A DNA stretch of 64,000 bases from an uncultured Candidatus Saccharibacteria bacterium (GCA_964413715.1 CAYPSN010000003.1:1750-65749), one strand, 5' to 3'; positions 42,329 to 53,908 are shown, counted from the stretch's first letter. Numbers and translations: made by a program. Notes: generated from the letters alone by a model not told the origin.

Positions 42329-45300
42329 ATGGGAGATAGTATGCACGAGACTCAGGTGATTGATTTTGAAGCAATCAAGTTATCTTTAGCTTCTCCAGAA
42401 CAAATTTTGCAGTGGTCGCACGGCGAAATTACAAAACCAGAAACAATTAACTACCGCACACAGAAACCTGAAAAAGACGGTCTGTTCTGCGAAAAGATCT
42501 TTGGTCCAACCAAAGATTGGCAGTGTTACTGTGGTAAATATAAGGGTATTCGCTACAAGGGAATTACTTGCGATAAGTGTGGTGTGCTCGTTACTCGAAG
42601 CATTGTGCGTCGCGAACGACTCGGGCACATTAGTCTGGCAGTCCCTGTAGCTCACATTTGGTTCCTGCGTGGCACCCCGTCAACTATTAGCCTTGTTTTG
42701 AACATGGGCGTGCGCGATATTGAGCGCGTCGTGTATTTTGCTAACTTCATTGTAAAAAGCGTTGACGAAGACGCCAGAAAACAAGCCTTGGTTGACTTGG
42801 AAGCTGATTTCAAATCACGCCGAGCTGATATTCTGAAGAAGAGTGAGGCCGAAGAAGGCAAAGAACTGAGTGCGGAAATTACCAAAGAACTCGAAGACCT
42901 CGAGCTCAACTACACCAATGCTAAAACTGAGCTAACTTCGTTTGCTAAGTATCAGCTGCTGCCAGAAAGTCGCTACCGTGACCTAAACCTCAAATACGGT
43001 AACGTATTTAGCGCTGGCATTGGTGCAGAAGCAATCCGTGAGCTGCTCGCCGAAATTAACCTCGAAGAGCTGGCTGATCGTTTGCGCGAAGAGAGTGAAA
43101 GCTCAGTTGGGCAAAAGAAGAAAAAGGCTCTCAAGCGTCTTAAGTCTATCGAGGGGATGATTCAAGCAGAGATTCGTCCTGAGTGGATGGTGACTACCGA
43201 GTTGCCAGTGATTCCACCTGACTTGCGACCTATGGTGCAGCTGGATGGTGGCCGTTTTGCTGCCTCTGACTTAAATGATCTGTATCGCCGAGTTATCAAC
43301 CGCAACAATCGACTCAAGAAGCTCTTTGCCCTTGAAGCGCCAGAAGTAATCTGCCGTAACGAAAAGCGTATGCTTCAAGAAGCTGTTGATGCGCTGATCG
43401 ATAACAATGCTCGTCGTGAACGTGCGGTAAGCGCCACAGGCAATCGTAAAAAGCTTAAAAGTCTTACCGACTTGCTAAAGGGTAAACAGGGTCGATTCCG
43501 ACAAAACCTCCTTGGTAAGCGTGTTGACTACTCAGGACGATCGGTTATCGTTATTGGACCACACCTTGATATTGATCAATGTGGTTTGCCAAAACGTATG
43601 GCACTCGAACTATTCAAGCCGTTCGTAATCGGCAAGTTGATTGCACAGGGCTATGCGCATAACGTAAAGTCAGCTGCTCGTATGGTAGAGCGTGCTCGTG
43701 ACGAAGTCTGGGATACACTTGATGAAGTCATCGCCGACAAGTACGTGTTGCTTAACCGCGCACCGACCTTGCACCGTTTGGGTATTCAAGCATTCAAGCC
43801 CGTACTGATCGAAGGAAAGGCTATTCAGCTTCACCCTATGGTTTGTCCAGCCTTTAACGCCGACTTCGACGGTGACCAAATGGCCGTACATGTACCTTTG
43901 AGCGAAGCTGCACAGCGCGAAGCAAGAGAGATTATGCTTTCACGTAATAACTTGCTTAAGCCATCAAGTGGTGAGCCAATTGTGAACGCTCAGCAAGATG
44001 TCGTTTTGGGCTGTTACTTCCTAACCTCTGTTGAAGAAGGCGTGCGTGGTGAAGGTAAGGCATTCGCTGATCCAAAAGAAGCCATCTTTGCCTATCAAGA
44101 AAAGTACATTGATTTGCGTGCGCAGATTAAGGTAAAAGTTGGCGATAGCATTGAAGATACAACTGTTGGTCGACTGCTGTTTAACGAAGTCTTGCCAGAA
44201 GGCATTGGCTTTATAAACGAAACGCAAGACAAGTCTTCGCTCAAGCAGGTGATGGCGTTAGTATTCTCTAACTACGGTAGTGAAGAAACTGCTCGCTTGG
44301 CTGACGCGATCAAAGAACTTGGCTTCAGATACGCTACTATGTCTGGCTTCTCAATTGGAATGGATGACTTAATCACTCCTAAGCAAAAGGCCGATTTGAT
44401 TGCCGAAGGTGATCAGCGAACCGTCGATTTATTGAATCAGTACAACCAAGGTTTGATTACCGACCAAGAACGTCGTGAGAAAGTTGTTGAAAACTGGAAA
44501 GACGTGGCGACAAAGATTGAAGCAGAGATTGAAAAAGAGCTCAGTCCAGAAAACTCAACCTTCGCTATCGACATTGCCTCTGGTGCTAAGTCTGGCTTGA
44601 AGCAGGTCAATCAAATGGCAGGTATGCGTGGTTTGATGCTTTCACCTACTGGACGCATTATTGAGCTGCCTGTTAAGTCGAACTACAAAGAAGGCCTTTC
44701 GGTACTGGAGTACTTCATCTCCACTCACGGTGCCCGTAAGGGTCTTACCGATACAGCACTTCGAACAGCCGAATCTGGTTACTTGACTCGACGTCTGGTT
44801 GACGTTGCGCAAGACATCATGATTACGCAAGAAGACTGCGGTGACAAAGAAGGCTACCAGATTAACCAAGCTGAGGCTGTTGCTGCTGGTGAAGCATCGC
44901 TTGCGCCATGGGTAGTTGGTCGCACCTCACTTGAAAAGATTGTGCATCCAAAGACGAACGAAGTGATCGTGAAGAAGCACGACATCATTACCGACGAAGC
45001 AGCTCGCAGCATGATTGAAGCGAATGTGGAAAGCGTGAAGATCCGTTCAATTCTGAAGTGTAAAGCTCCTTGGGGTATTTGTCAGAAGTGTTACGGCGTG
45101 GATCTTGCCAAAGGAACGCCAGTCATGCTTGGTGAAGCAGTTGGTATTATGGCGGCACAAAGTATTGGTGAGCCAGGTACGCAGCTGACGATGAACACGA
45201 AACACCTTGCCGGTGTTGGTACAGACATTACTCAAGGTTTGCCACGCGTTCAGGAAATCTTCGAAGCGCGTAATCCAAAAGGACAGGCGATATTGGCTGA

Positions 45301-46105
45301 TGTGGCTGGCGTCATTAAGATTAAGAGTGATGACAACAAACACACCATCACTATTACCCAGCCAGATTCGAAAGTAACTGAATACGAGCTAGGCGATATG
45401 AAGGCATTAGTGAAGAGTGGAGCCGTCGTCGAACACGGTGACGTTATGGCTCAAAGCAAAGATGGTAGCCGCACGGTGAAATCAAAAGCTGCCGGTACGG
45501 TCCAAGTGACGAAGACCCACATTAAGCTCACTCATGACGGAGGCGTTTCTAAGGAATACGTCGTGCCAACCAGTACAGGCTTGCTCGTTAAGAATGGCCA
45601 ATTGGTCGCTGTGGGTGATCGCTTGAGCGAAGGTTCTATCAACCTGCAAGATATGCTACGTTTACAGGGCGAAGAAGCAGTACAACGCTACGTTGTTGAT
45701 GAAGTGCAGGCTATTTACTCCTCACAGGGTCAGTCTATTGCCTCTAAGCACATCGAAGTGATCATCCGACAGATGTTCTCACGCGTTCGCATAGAGGATC
45801 CGATGGACACTGACTTGATTGCTGGTGATATGGTGTCTCGTGCTGTGCTCGAAGAAGCGAATAGCGCTGCTGTGGCCGAAGGCAAGAAGCCAGCTACTTA
45901 TGAACAGCTTCTGATGCCAATGACTAAGGTGTCTACTTCTTCAGACAGCTGGCTGTCGGCTGCAAGCTTCCAGGAAACCACAAAGGTTCTGATTGGTGCC
46001 GCTACCCGCGGTAAGGTCGATAAGTTACGTGGACTCAAAGAAAACGTGATCATCGGTCGCTTGATCCCGGTCGGTACGGGATTCCGTGATGAGGAGGACT
46101 TGTAA
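42329..46105 (+). CDS. rpoC: DNA-directed RNA polymerase subunit beta'
   Basis: Zinc finger CxxC...CxxC and NADFDGD catalytic motif; 1258 aa. Confidence 0.95.
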   Translation: MGDSMHETQVIDFEAIKLSLASPEQILQWSHGEITKPETINYRTQKPEKDGLFCEKIFGPTKDWQCYCGKYKGIRYKGITCDKCGVLVTRSIVRRERLGHISLAVPVAHIWFLRGTPSTISLVLNMGVRDIERVVYFANFIVKSVDEDARKQALVDLEADFKSRRADILKKSEAEEGKELSAEITKELEDLELNYTNAKTELTSFAKYQLLPESRYRDLNLKYGNVFSAGIGAEAIRELLAEINLEELADRLREESESSVGQKKKKALKRLKSIEGMIQAEIRPEWMVTTELPVIPPDLRPMVQLDGGRFAASDLNDLYRRVINRNNRLKKLFALEAPEVICRNEKRMLQEAVDALIDNNARRERAVSATGNRKKLKSLTDLLKGKQGRFRQNLLGKRVDYSGRSVIVIGPHLDIDQCGLPKRMALELFKPFVIGKLIAQGYAHNVKSAARMVERARDEVWDTLDEVIADKYVLLNRAPTLHRLGIQAFKPVLIEGKAIQLHPMVCPAFNADFDGDQMAVHVPLSEAAQREAREIMLSRNNLLKPSSGEPIVNAQQDVVLGCYFLTSVEEGVRGEGKAFADPKEAIFAYQEKYIDLRAQIKVKVGDSIEDTTVGRLLFNEVLPEGIGFINETQDKSSLKQVMALVFSNYGSEETARLADAIKELGFRYATMSGFSIGMDDLITPKQKADLIAEGDQRTVDLLNQYNQGLITDQERREKVVENWKDVATKIEAEIEKELSPENSTFAIDIASGAKSGLKQVNQMAGMRGLMLSPTGRIIELPVKSNYKEGLSVLEYFISTHGARKGLTDTALRTAESGYLTRRLVDVAQDIMITQEDCGDKEGYQINQAEAVAAGEASLAPWVVGRTSLEKIVHPKTNEVIVKKHDIITDEAARSMIEANVESVKIRSILKCKAPWGICQKCYGVDLAKGTPVMLGEAVGIMAAQSIGEPGTQLTMNTKHLAGVGTDITQGLPRVQEIFEARNPKGQAILADVAGVIKIKSDDNKHTITITQPDSKVTEYELGDMKALVKSGAVVEHGDVMAQSKDGSRTVKSKAAGTVQVTKTHIKLTHDGGVSKEYVVPTSTGLLVKNGQLVAVGDRLSEGSINLQDMLRLQGEEAVQRYVVDEVQAIYSSQGQSIASKHIEVIIRQMFSRVRIEDPMDTDLIAGDMVSRAVLEEANSAAVAEGKKPATYEQLLMPMTKVSTSSDSWLSAASFQETTKVLIGAATRGKVDKLRGLKENVIIGRLIPVGTGFRDEEDL

Positions 46106-46156
46106 GCTGCTTGACCAGGTTAGAGTAATCTGATAAAGTAACAAAGTTGTAAGACT

Positions 46157-46576
46157 ATGCCAACAATTAATCAACTCATTCGTAACCCCCGCTCCAAAGC
46201 TCGTCGCAAGAGTAAATCTCCTGCGATGGCACGGAGTTTGAATACGCTCAAGAACAAGACGACGACAAACAACTCGCCGTTCAAGCGTGGGGTTTGTGTA
46301 AAGGTGTTTACAGCCACTCCACGTAAGCCAAACTCAGCCCTTCGTAAAGTCGCCCGTGTGCGACTTACAAACGGCATGGAAGTAACGGCTTACATTGGTG
46401 GCGTTGGCCATAACCTTCAGGAACACTCTGTGGTTCTCGTTCGTGGCGGTCGTGTAAAAGACCTTGGTGGCGTGCGTTACCACATCGTGCGTGGCGCCTT
46501 GGACACCGCTGGTGTTGCAAACCGCAAGCAGGGTCGTAGTAAGTATGGTGCAAAGTTAGAGAAGGCTAAGGCCTAG
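46157..46576 (+). CDS. rpsL: 30S ribosomal protein S12
   Basis: Unambiguous; carries a ~15-aa insertion ([13 protein letters not shown]). Confidence 0.95.
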   Translation: MPTINQLIRNPRSKARRKSKSPAMARSLNTLKNKTTTNNSPFKRGVCVKVFTATPRKPNSALRKVARVRLTNGMEVTAYIGGVGHNLQEHSVVLVRGGRVKDLGGVRYHIVRGALDTAGVANRKQGRSKYGAKLEKAKA

Positions 46577-46584
46577 AGGAAAGT

Positions 46585-47061
46585 ATGCCAAGAAAGAAGA
46601 CCAAATCTTTAAAGCGTGAACTAAGCCCAGACATTGTGTATAACAATGTTATGGTTACTCGTATGATTAACAAAGTTATGCGCAGTGGTAAGAAGCGACT
46701 TGCTGAAAAGCTCGTTTACGACGCACTCAAGGTGGCTGCAGATAAAACCCAAAAAGATGCCTTAGAGGTATTTGAGGGAGCTATTAAAAATGTTTCGCCA
46801 CAGGTACAGGTGAAGAGTAAGCGCATTGGTGGTACGAACTACCAGGTGCCAATGGAAGTGCGCGGTGATCGAAAAATCCATCTGGCAATGACATGGATTC
46901 TAACGTCTGCTCGGGGACGAAGTGGCCAGTCTTTTGATAGGCTCCTTGCTAACGAGCTGGTGGATGCTTATAACAACACCGGCGAGTCGGTGAAGAAGAA
47001 GCAAGATACTCACCAGATGGCCGAAGCCAACAAGGCTTTTGCTCACTTCGCCCGCTACTAA
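46585..47061 (+). CDS. rpsG: 30S ribosomal protein S7
   Basis: Unambiguous. Confidence 0.95.
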   Translation: MPRKKTKSLKRELSPDIVYNNVMVTRMINKVMRSGKKRLAEKLVYDALKVAADKTQKDALEVFEGAIKNVSPQVQVKSKRIGGTNYQVPMEVRGDRKIHLAMTWILTSARGRSGQSFDRLLANELVDAYNNTGESVKKKQDTHQMAEANKAFAHFARY

Positions 47062-47085
47062 TCAGGCTTAGTAGAAAGTTTAATC

Positions 47086-47115
47086 AAAAAACTCGCCACT
47101 CAGGCGGGTTTTTTG
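47086..47115 (+). terminator. Weak hairpin plus T-run after rpsG
   Basis: ctcgcc-actca-ggcggg followed by ttttttg. Confidence 0.35.
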
Positions 47116-47151
47116 ATGCTGTTTATTGTGGATTATTACTGGTCAAATGAT

Positions 47152-47187
47152 AACGACCCTAGTACATTTGCATGCACTAGGGTCGTT
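47152..47187 (-). terminator. Hairpin terminator of the 47206-47394 gene (high-GC cassette)
   Basis: aacgaccctagt-acatttgcatgc-actagggtcgtt is a perfect 12-bp stem. Confidence 0.45.
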
Positions 47188-47205
47188 GGGGGGGGCAGGG
47201 GTAGC

Positions 47206-47394
47206 TCAGTCGGGTGGCAGGGGAGTGCTGATCTCCCTGAACTCGGGGCTACCGCTGGACGGGGTGGCGCGAAGTTCGCGTGCTGGCACGAGGCCTTCTG
47301 CGGCGTGTTCTTCGGTTCGGCTGAACTGAGCGCCCACGTAGGCAGCCATCTGCGCTGCCCGCGCCTTGGCGGTCTTGTCACCAGTACTCTCCAT
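47206..47394 (-). CDS. Hypothetical 62-aa protein (high-GC cassette, upstream partner of tdk)
   Basis: GAGGAG lies 5 nt before the ATG. GC-rich. Sequence is MESTGDKTAKARAAQMAAYVGAQFSRTEEHAAEGLVPARELRATPSSGSPEFREISTPLPPD. No family recognised. Confidence 0.4.
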   Translation of the reverse strand: MESTGDKTAKARAAQMAAYVGAQFSRTEEHAAEGLVPARELRATPSSGSPEFREISTPLPPD

Positions 47395-47456
47395 GTTTGC
47401 TCCTCGCTCTATAGGACCTCAGTTATCCTATACTAGCTTGCAGTCTTTGCCAAGTC

Positions 47457-48005
47457 CTAACGAGCAGAGACGAAGCACTGCCTGCAGCGCGCTTCATAGC
47501 TGTAGGTGCCGTCTTCTGGCAGGATGGAGGGGAGCCCTCCGGTAACTTCTTTGCCGTCCTTGAGAACCTGACTGAAGCGTGCCTCGTAGCTCTTGCACAC
47601 ATCGCAAACAGCGATAAGGCACTGCACGCTTGTTGGACCAAGCTCCATCAGGGCGACGGTGCTTTCGATCAGCCTGCCTCGATAGTCCATATCGAGTCCG
47701 ACAGCATGAATGACTAGCCCCTTGGCCAAGAGCGAGTTCAACGCCCCCAGGTCGTCTTGACCGAACATGTGAACTTCATCGATGCCAATGACGTCGTAAT
47801 TGGCGAGCCAGTCGATGTCGAGTCTGTCGACCTTCGTCGTTTGGATGCTGGCACCTGCACGAGAACTGACTTGGGTTTCTCTGTCGTGAAGCTTGGGCTG
47901 CACAACGACCCACCGCATGTCGCTATGAGCAAGTGGCGAAAAGATTTTGACAAGCTCGAGGGATTTCCCCGACTTCATGGGTCCCATCGTAAGGTGTAGC
48001 GGCAT
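47457..48005 (-). CDS. tdk: Thymidine kinase (TK1/type II family)
   Basis: P-loop GPMKSGKS, VIGIDEVHMF, GLDMDYRG, and a C-terminal zinc ribbon (CDVC...CRQC) parallel the human TK1 motifs. ~68% GC, in a foreign-looking cassette. Confidence 0.8.
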   Translation of the reverse strand: MPLHLTMGPMKSGKSLELVKIFSPLAHSDMRWVVVQPKLHDRETQVSSRAGASIQTTKVDRLDIDWLANYDVIGIDEVHMFGQDDLGALNSLLAKGLVIHAVGLDMDYRGRLIESTVALMELGPTSVQCLIAVCDVCKSYEARFSQVLKDGKEVTGGLPSILPEDGTYSYEARCRQCFVSAR

Positions 48006-48245
48006 TACGTGCGTCTCCTGTGGTTTGTTTGGCGTGATTCTATTCTAGACCATGCATCCAGTCTCTCGCTAGTTCTTTAACTTGCGAGGCCTGCGGGCAG
48101 TAGAATTTTTGTTGGCAGCTCGTTCGAGCCAAACATTACTTGATAAAGTTGAGCAAATTCACTATAATTACCAAGGAATAAAGCACGGAAAACCAAACCG
48201 GCTTTTTTGTTTACTAACTTAGCTTACAGAAGGAAGAACGAATTT

Positions 48246-50354
48246 ATGGCTCGCGAGTATTCATTAGAAAACACACGAAACATCGGTATTATTGCTCACA
48301 TTGATGCTGGTAAAACGACCGTTACAGAAGGTATCTTGTACCGTACTGGACGTGTCCATAAGATTGGTGAAGTGCACGAAGGTGCTGCAACCATGGACTG
48401 GATGGAGCAAGAGCAAGAGCGTGGTATTACGATTACCTCGGCAGCCACAACTTGTTTCTGGAATGATAAGCGCATTAACATTATTGACACTCCAGGACAC
48501 ATCGACTTTACCGTAGAGGTAGAGCGATCGTTGCGTGTTCTTGACGGTGCTGTTACGGTTTTCGACGGCAAAATGGGCGTAGAGCCACAGAGTGAAACGG
48601 TGTGGCGTCAGGCCGACAAGTACGGCGTGCCTCGTATTTGCTTCATCAATAAGATCAATCAAACCGGCGGTGATTTTTACAAATCCCTCGAATCAATCCA
48701 CGAGCGTCTCAGCAAGCGGGCGTACCCAATTCACTTGCCAATTGGTTTTGAGCAAGACATTAATGGCTTAGTCGACTTGGTTGAGATGAAGGCCTACGAG
48801 TACAAAGATTACACCGACAAAGAGCTAAAAGAGATTGAGATTCCGGAAGATATGAAAGAAAAGGTGGCTCACTACCGCCAGCACTTGATTGAAGCGGCCG
48901 TTGAGAGTGATGACTCGTTGATGGAAAAATACCTCGAAGGCCAAGAACTTACGACTGAAGAAGTTAAGACTGCGATTCGTAAGTCAGTTCTTTCCGGTCA
49001 GTTCTATGCCGTTTCCGGCGGTGATGGTCGTGGCGTGATTGTAGAAAAGCTGCTTGACGCCGTAGTAGACTACTTGCCAAACCCACTCGACATTACCGCG
49101 CCACTTGGTAAAGATGTTAAAACTGGCGAAGACAAAGTCCTAGAAGTTTCTGATGAAGCACCGTTTGCTGGCTTGGCCTTTAAGATCGCAACCGACCCAT
49201 TTGTCGGTAAGTTGGCTTTCTTCCGAGTGTATTCAGGTGTACTAAAGAGTGGTAGCTATATTCTCAATGCCTCAACGGGCGAAAAAGAGCGCGTCGGTCG
49301 AATCGTACGTATGCACGCCAACAATCGTGAAGAAGTAAACGAAGTGTATGCTGGTGAAATCGCTGCTGCAGTAGGACTTAAGAATACTATTACGGGCCAC
49401 ACCATTTGTGACCCTGCACACCCCGTGATGCTCGAGTCAATCACCTTCCCAGAGCCAGTTATTTCGATCGCAATTGAGCCAAAAACCAAAGCCGACCAAG
49501 AAAAGATGGGTATTGCCTTGTCTCGTTTGGCCGAAGAAGATCCGACCTTCCGTGTGCACTCTGACGAAGATAGTGGTCAGACCATCATTGATGGTATGGG
49601 TGAGTTGCACCTCGATGTGATTGTGGACCGCATGAAACGTGAATTTAAGGTAGAAGCCAACGTAGGGCGTCCTCAGGTTGCCTACCGCGAGACTATTCGC
49701 AAGTCTACTCAGATCGAAGGTAAGTTTGTGCGCCAATCTGGTGGTCGTGGTCAGTATGGTCATGTTTGGCTAGAACTTAGCCCGCTCGTTCACACCGATG
49801 ACGATGAAGAGCGCAAGACATTCGAGTTTGAAAACGCCATTGTGGGTGGTGTGGTGCCCAAGGAATACATCAAGCCAGTTGAGGAAGGCGTTCGCGAAGC
49901 CATGGGTAATGGTGTTCTAGCCGGCTATCCAGTAGTCGATATTCATGCCAAGCTTTATGATGGTAGCTATCACGATGTAGACTCTTCGGAACTTGCTTTC
50001 AAGATTGCCGGCTCGATGGCACTTCAGGCAGGCGTACGCCAGGCTGACCCAGTTATTCTAGAGCCAGTCATGCGAGTTGAGATTACGACGCCAGAAGACT
50101 TCATGGGTGATGTGATAGGTGATATCAACGCCAAGCGTGGTCGAGTAGAGAAGATGGAAGATCGCAGCGGCGCTAAGATCATTAGCTCTTTCGTGCCGCT
50201 TTCTGGGATGTTTGGCTATGCTACAAGCTTGCGCTCGATGACACAAGGACGTGCTAGTTATGCTATGGAGTTTGACCATTACGCTGAAGTGCCACGTAAC
50301 GTTGCCGATGAGCTTATTGGCAAGCGCCAGGCAGCCGTCGAAGAAGGTCGCTAA
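48246..50354 (+). CDS. fusA: Elongation factor G
   Basis: [10 protein letters not shown]-domain and full EF-G architecture. The ATG at 48246 has AAGGAAG ~8 nt upstream, whereas the track start at 48207 has no RBS. Confidence 0.95.
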   Translation: MAREYSLENTRNIGIIAHIDAGKTTVTEGILYRTGRVHKIGEVHEGAATMDWMEQEQERGITITSAATTCFWNDKRINIIDTPGHIDFTVEVERSLRVLDGAVTVFDGKMGVEPQSETVWRQADKYGVPRICFINKINQTGGDFYKSLESIHERLSKRAYPIHLPIGFEQDINGLVDLVEMKAYEYKDYTDKELKEIEIPEDMKEKVAHYRQHLIEAAVESDDSLMEKYLEGQELTTEEVKTAIRKSVLSGQFYAVSGGDGRGVIVEKLLDAVVDYLPNPLDITAPLGKDVKTGEDKVLEVSDEAPFAGLAFKIATDPFVGKLAFFRVYSGVLKSGSYILNASTGEKERVGRIVRMHANNREEVNEVYAGEIAAAVGLKNTITGHTICDPAHPVMLESITFPEPVISIAIEPKTKADQEKMGIALSRLAEEDPTFRVHSDEDSGQTIIDGMGELHLDVIVDRMKREFKVEANVGRPQVAYRETIRKSTQIEGKFVRQSGGRGQYGHVWLELSPLVHTDDDEERKTFEFENAIVGGVVPKEYIKPVEEGVREAMGNGVLAGYPVVDIHAKLYDGSYHDVDSSELAFKIAGSMALQAGVRQADPVILEPVMRVEITTPEDFMGDVIGDINAKRGRVEKMEDRSGAKIISSFVPLSGMFGYATSLRSMTQGRASYAMEFDHYAEVPRNVADELIGKRQAAVEEGR

Positions 50355-50377
50355 GAGAAGGTCCTAAGGCTAAAACT

Positions 50378-50410
50378 AAAAAACAACCCCATTGACAGGG
50401 GTTGTTTTTT
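50378..50410 (+). terminator. Rho-independent terminator after fusA
   Basis: aaaaaacaacccc-attgaca-ggggttgtttttt. Confidence 0.6.
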
Positions 50411-50449
50411 AGTTTATTGTAGTTATTGTTCGTGCAAGTAGCTTCAGAG

Positions 50450-50930
50450 TATGCGCTAGTTACCTAAGCAAGTTAGTTGAGACTTGTAGCTGTAATGAAA
50501 GCAGGCGTGCTGCAGCACACCACCTGTTGTGCAGAATCATCTCATTGTACTCGCCGCCATCAGAGTACTCCTCGCAGAGGCAGCTTCAGGAGAGCGCCCC
50601 GGGTTGAAGAGAGACTGAAGTTACGTTGCAAAAACTACGTATTCAGCGAAAGCTGAGTGCCCGGATGCGCATCTGGGCTGTGTGAGTAAAGGTGGGTCTA
50701 AGGATGATCACTTGGAGACCCTTAAAAACGCACAACGTAGTTGGTGGGGCGTCATGATCACGACGCCTTGACATCACCCCAGACAAGAAGCGTTCCACCA
50801 CGCGATGGGGTCCGGTAATGATGTCCGCTCGGCCCGAAAGCTGTGTAGTCCTGCCTGAAGGACGCCGGTACACAAGCTTTCGGGCCGCCCGCCCCAGGCA
50901 ACCCCTGGGGCATTTGTCATTTCCGGGCAC
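50450..50930. other. GC-elevated noncoding block between fusA and tuf; unassigned structured-RNA candidate
   Basis: No ORF with an RBS is present. Long near-perfect hairpins include cggcccgaaagctgtgt...acacaagctttcgggccg (17 bp), ggcgtcatgatcacgacgcc and gggtct...agaccc. Confidence 0.25.
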
Positions 50931-51052
50931 CTACCTCTTTACATTTCGGCAATTTTTACCTATAATCGAAAAGTCTAATGCCTAGGCATATTTTTTGTGA
51001 CCTAAGCACAGCGCTTTTATAAAAAGATTAACCAAGCATTCAAGGAGAATAT

Positions 51053-52237
51053 ATGGCAGAAACATTTGATCGCAGTAAGCCCCATGTAAATGTCGGTACC
51101 ATGGGTCACGTAGACCACGGTAAAACCACACTTACAGCTGCAATTACGCACGTATTGGCTAAAAAGTTACCAAGCGCGGTAAACAAGCCAATTAACTATG
51201 ATGAAATCGACAAGGCTCCAGAAGAGCGCGAACGCGGTATCACCATCGCTACTTCACACCAAGAATACGAAAGTGAAAAGCGTCACTACGCTCACGTTGA
51301 TATGCCAGGTCACGCTGACTACGTGAAGAACATGATTACCGGTGCTGCTCAGGTTGACGGCGCTATCTTGGTAGTATCTGCTGCAGACGGCCCAATGCCA
51401 CAGACTCGTGAGCACGTACTGCTTGCTCGTCAGGTTGGTGTGCCTTACATCCTTGTTTACATGAACAAGATGGACATGGCTGATCCAGAACTAGCCGAAT
51501 TGGTAGAAATTGAAATTCGCGAACTTCTTGCCAAAAACGGCTACGACGAAAATGCGCCTATCATTAAGGGTTCTGCCCTTAAGGCTCTCGAGGGCGATGC
51601 AGCAGCTGAAGACTCTATTATGGAGCTCGTAAAAGCTATGGACGAAAGCGTTCCAGAGCCAAAGCGTGAAATCGACAAGCCATTCTTGATGCCAATCGAA
51701 GACGTATTCTCAATTAAAGGTCGTGGTACTGTTGCTACTGGTCGTATCGAGCAGGGTATCGTTAAAGTAGGTGAAGAAGTAGAGATCGTTGGTCTTCACG
51801 ACACTAAGAAAACAACCGTAACTGGTGTAGAAATGTTCAAGAAATTGCTCGACGAAGGTCGTGCTGGCGACAACGTAGGTTTGCTCTTACGCGGTATTGA
51901 ACGAACTGACATCGAGCGTGGTCAAGTACTTGCTAAGCCAGGCTCAATCACACCTCACACTGAATTTGATGCAGAAGTTTACGTATTGAAGAAAGAAGAA
52001 GGTGGTCGACACACTCCATTCTTCAAAGGCTACAAGCCACAGTTCTACATCCGTACAACCGACGTAACTGGCGAAGTTACTCTACCAGACGGCGTAGAAA
52101 TGGTAATGCCTGGTGATAACATTCAGATGAAGGTTAAACTCATCGCTCCAATTGCTATGGAAGATGGTTTGCGATTCGCAATCCGTGAAGGTGGCCGAAC
52201 TGTTGGCGCAGGTGTTGTAACCAAGATCAACAAATAA
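51053..52237 (+). CDS. tuf: Elongation factor Tu
   Basis: Unambiguous ([22 protein letters not shown]). Confidence 0.95.
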   Translation: MAETFDRSKPHVNVGTMGHVDHGKTTLTAAITHVLAKKLPSAVNKPINYDEIDKAPEERERGITIATSHQEYESEKRHYAHVDMPGHADYVKNMITGAAQVDGAILVVSAADGPMPQTREHVLLARQVGVPYILVYMNKMDMADPELAELVEIEIRELLAKNGYDENAPIIKGSALKALEGDAAAEDSIMELVKAMDESVPEPKREIDKPFLMPIEDVFSIKGRGTVATGRIEQGIVKVGEEVEIVGLHDTKKTTVTGVEMFKKLLDEGRAGDNVGLLLRGIERTDIERGQVLAKPGSITPHTEFDAEVYVLKKEEGGRHTPFFKGYKPQFYIRTTDVTGEVTLPDGVEMVMPGDNIQMKVKLIAPIAMEDGLRFAIREGGRTVGAGVVTKINK

Positions 52238-52264
52238 ACATCAAGGATCGAACGGAACCTTAAC

Positions 52265-52585
52265 ATGCCAGAACAAGCCAACAAACAACGCATACGAATC
52301 AGACTAAAAGCCTACGACAGCAAGATTATCGATCAATCTGCTAAGCAGATTCTCGATACTGCTGTACGTACCGGTGCTCAAGTAGTGGGCCCAGTGCCGC
52401 TTCCTACGGACAAAAACAAGTTTACGGTGCTATCGAGCCCCCACGTTTTTAAAGACGCTCGAGAGCAGTTTGAAATGCGCACACACAAGCGTTTGATTGA
52501 TATCACAGAGCCAACTCCTAAGACGATAGATTCTTTGATGAATCTTAATCTTCCAGCTGGTGTTGATATCGAAATCAAAATGTAA
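52265..52585 (+). CDS. rpsJ: 30S ribosomal protein S10
   Basis: Unambiguous. Confidence 0.95.
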   Translation: MPEQANKQRIRIRLKAYDSKIIDQSAKQILDTAVRTGAQVVGPVPLPTDKNKFTVLSSPHVFKDAREQFEMRTHKRLIDITEPTPKTIDSLMNLNLPAGVDIEIKM

Positions 52586-52617
52586 TTTGCCTTGGCATCT
52601 AATAGGTAAGTCCTAAC

Positions 52618-52647
52618 TAAAACACCCCCTGAATAAAGGGGGTGTTT
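52618..52647 (+). terminator. Terminator after rpsJ
   Basis: aaaacaccccct-gaataa-agggggtgtttt. Confidence 0.55.
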
Positions 52648-52670
52648 TAGTTATGCAAAAAGGCGAGTGA

Positions 52671-52740
52671 GGCGGACCAAAGTCATTAAATGGTTAATTA
52701 CTTTGGTCCGCCCGCCTGACCCCCCGGTGAAGGGGTCAGG
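52671..52740 (-). terminator. Tandem hairpins downstream of the 52736-53050 cassette gene
   Basis: Two perfect stems: ggcggaccaaagt...actttggtccgcc (13 bp) and cctgacccc-ccggtgaa-ggggtcagg (9 bp). The second overlaps the stop codon. Confidence 0.45.
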
Positions 52741-53050
52741 CGGTATGGGCGTAAGGCTTCCCTGCAGGGTAGGGAGGCTCGAACACAGGGCGTTGATCGG
52801 AGATCTCCTGCATGCGTGCTCGTACCTTGAGCCGAAGCTCTTCGAGGCTCTCGCGATCCTGCGACACCCAGGTGAGAAGGAAAGACCTTCTCTCTCCTTC
52901 GAGCCGTTCTGAGACATGCACCGTAGGGCTGATCCCTTCAAGTGCTCGCTCGACCCACTCTGCGTTGTAAGAGGGCCGGTTTGTGAGCGAGAGAACAAGC
53001 CCCGTGCTCGTGCGATGGAGACTGAACCCCAGCGATTGAAACTCAACCAT
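52736..53050 (-). CDS. Hypothetical 104-aa protein (high-GC cassette); possibly ABM/Dabb-type ferredoxin-like fold
   Basis: AAAGGAGG lies 7 nt before the ATG (MVEFQSLGF...). GC-rich. SFLLTWVSQDRESLEELRLKV weakly resembles the ABM-family motif. The ORF-track N-terminal extension lacks an RBS. Confidence 0.45.
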   Translation of the reverse strand: MVEFQSLGFSLHRTSTGLVLSLTNRPSYNAEWVERALEGISPTVHVSERLEGERRSFLLTWVSQDRESLEELRLKVRARMQEISDQRPVFEPPYPAGKPYAHTA

Positions 53051-53399
53051 GACCGAACCTCCTTTCACAGGTAGATTGTGGCTCGGTAGTCTGAAGACAA
53101 GATCTACAGGCTGCCGAGCACAAGACTGTGAAATTTGCAAAGTACTTAAGGTCATGCCTTAATGTGCACAAATCATACTATAGGCAGCCAAATCTGTCAA
53201 TAACAAAAACTTCACAAAAACACTAGACAAAACAGCAAACTTGTATTATTATGTAAACCTACGTTTGGTTCGCCCAAATTGCACCTTATAGCACCTTGAG
53301 CCTTCGGCTCTTGGAATCAGTCCCCGAATCATTGTTGGGAATTTATTCTAAGAGCCGAAATGTCGAAAATATAAAATGTGAAAATAAAATCGACAAAAG

Positions 53400-53860
53400 G
53401 CTCATAAAACTGTCTTGGCTCCTTGGCCTCCTTCGGGACGCCACTGGAGCAGTAGTAGTGCAAAGGTAGAGCGCCGCGCTTCCGTGGCTTCGGCCAGGAC
53501 GCCACCGCGTCTCCTCGCACTGCTACAGCGCTCCACAGGAGCCAAGACACTCTTCGGCGCAATGACTGCGAACGTGCCCTCACGGGCTTCTCGCCTTTGC
53601 GTCGCCAGCGGGGCGGGATCCGCCGCCTGCTCCGCTCGGACTACGAGCGCTGAACCTGTGACTGGGCTGTTGCCCTGGCGCGGAGTATAGCCTCACGAGA
53701 GGTTGGCACACACGTCGACCTCTCTCGCTCGTGTCAACCAGCTTTGGTTGACCATGAGCGCGACGCCGGGATCCGCCGCCTGGTGTCGCCGCCGGTGCGG
53801 GGCGGCCTCCGGGCCGCCCCGCACCTCGCCCTGACAATACGTCAGGGTTTCTTTTATTTT
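53400..53860. other. High-GC noncoding block with tetraloop hairpins and an internal 16-nt direct repeat
   Basis: No credible ORF. cgggatccgccgcctg occurs twice (~53610 and ~53770). Hairpins include the palindrome gcggggcggcc-tcc-ggccgccccgc, ccctgac-aatac-gtcaggg, gtcaacca-gctt-tggttgac, and several cc-TTCG-gg loops. Confidence 0.2.
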
Positions 53861-53908
53861 AGGAATAATTTCTTCGACTCCTCATAGTTTTTATGCTTAA
53901 ATAGGTAT

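Noticed and set aside
53329-53837. Three 84-91-aa ORFs (both strands) in the 53400-53860 high-GC block
   Set aside because: They have no SD and are Arg/Ala/Ser-rich low-complexity translations typical of random high-GC sequence. The region is dominated by hairpins and a direct repeat.
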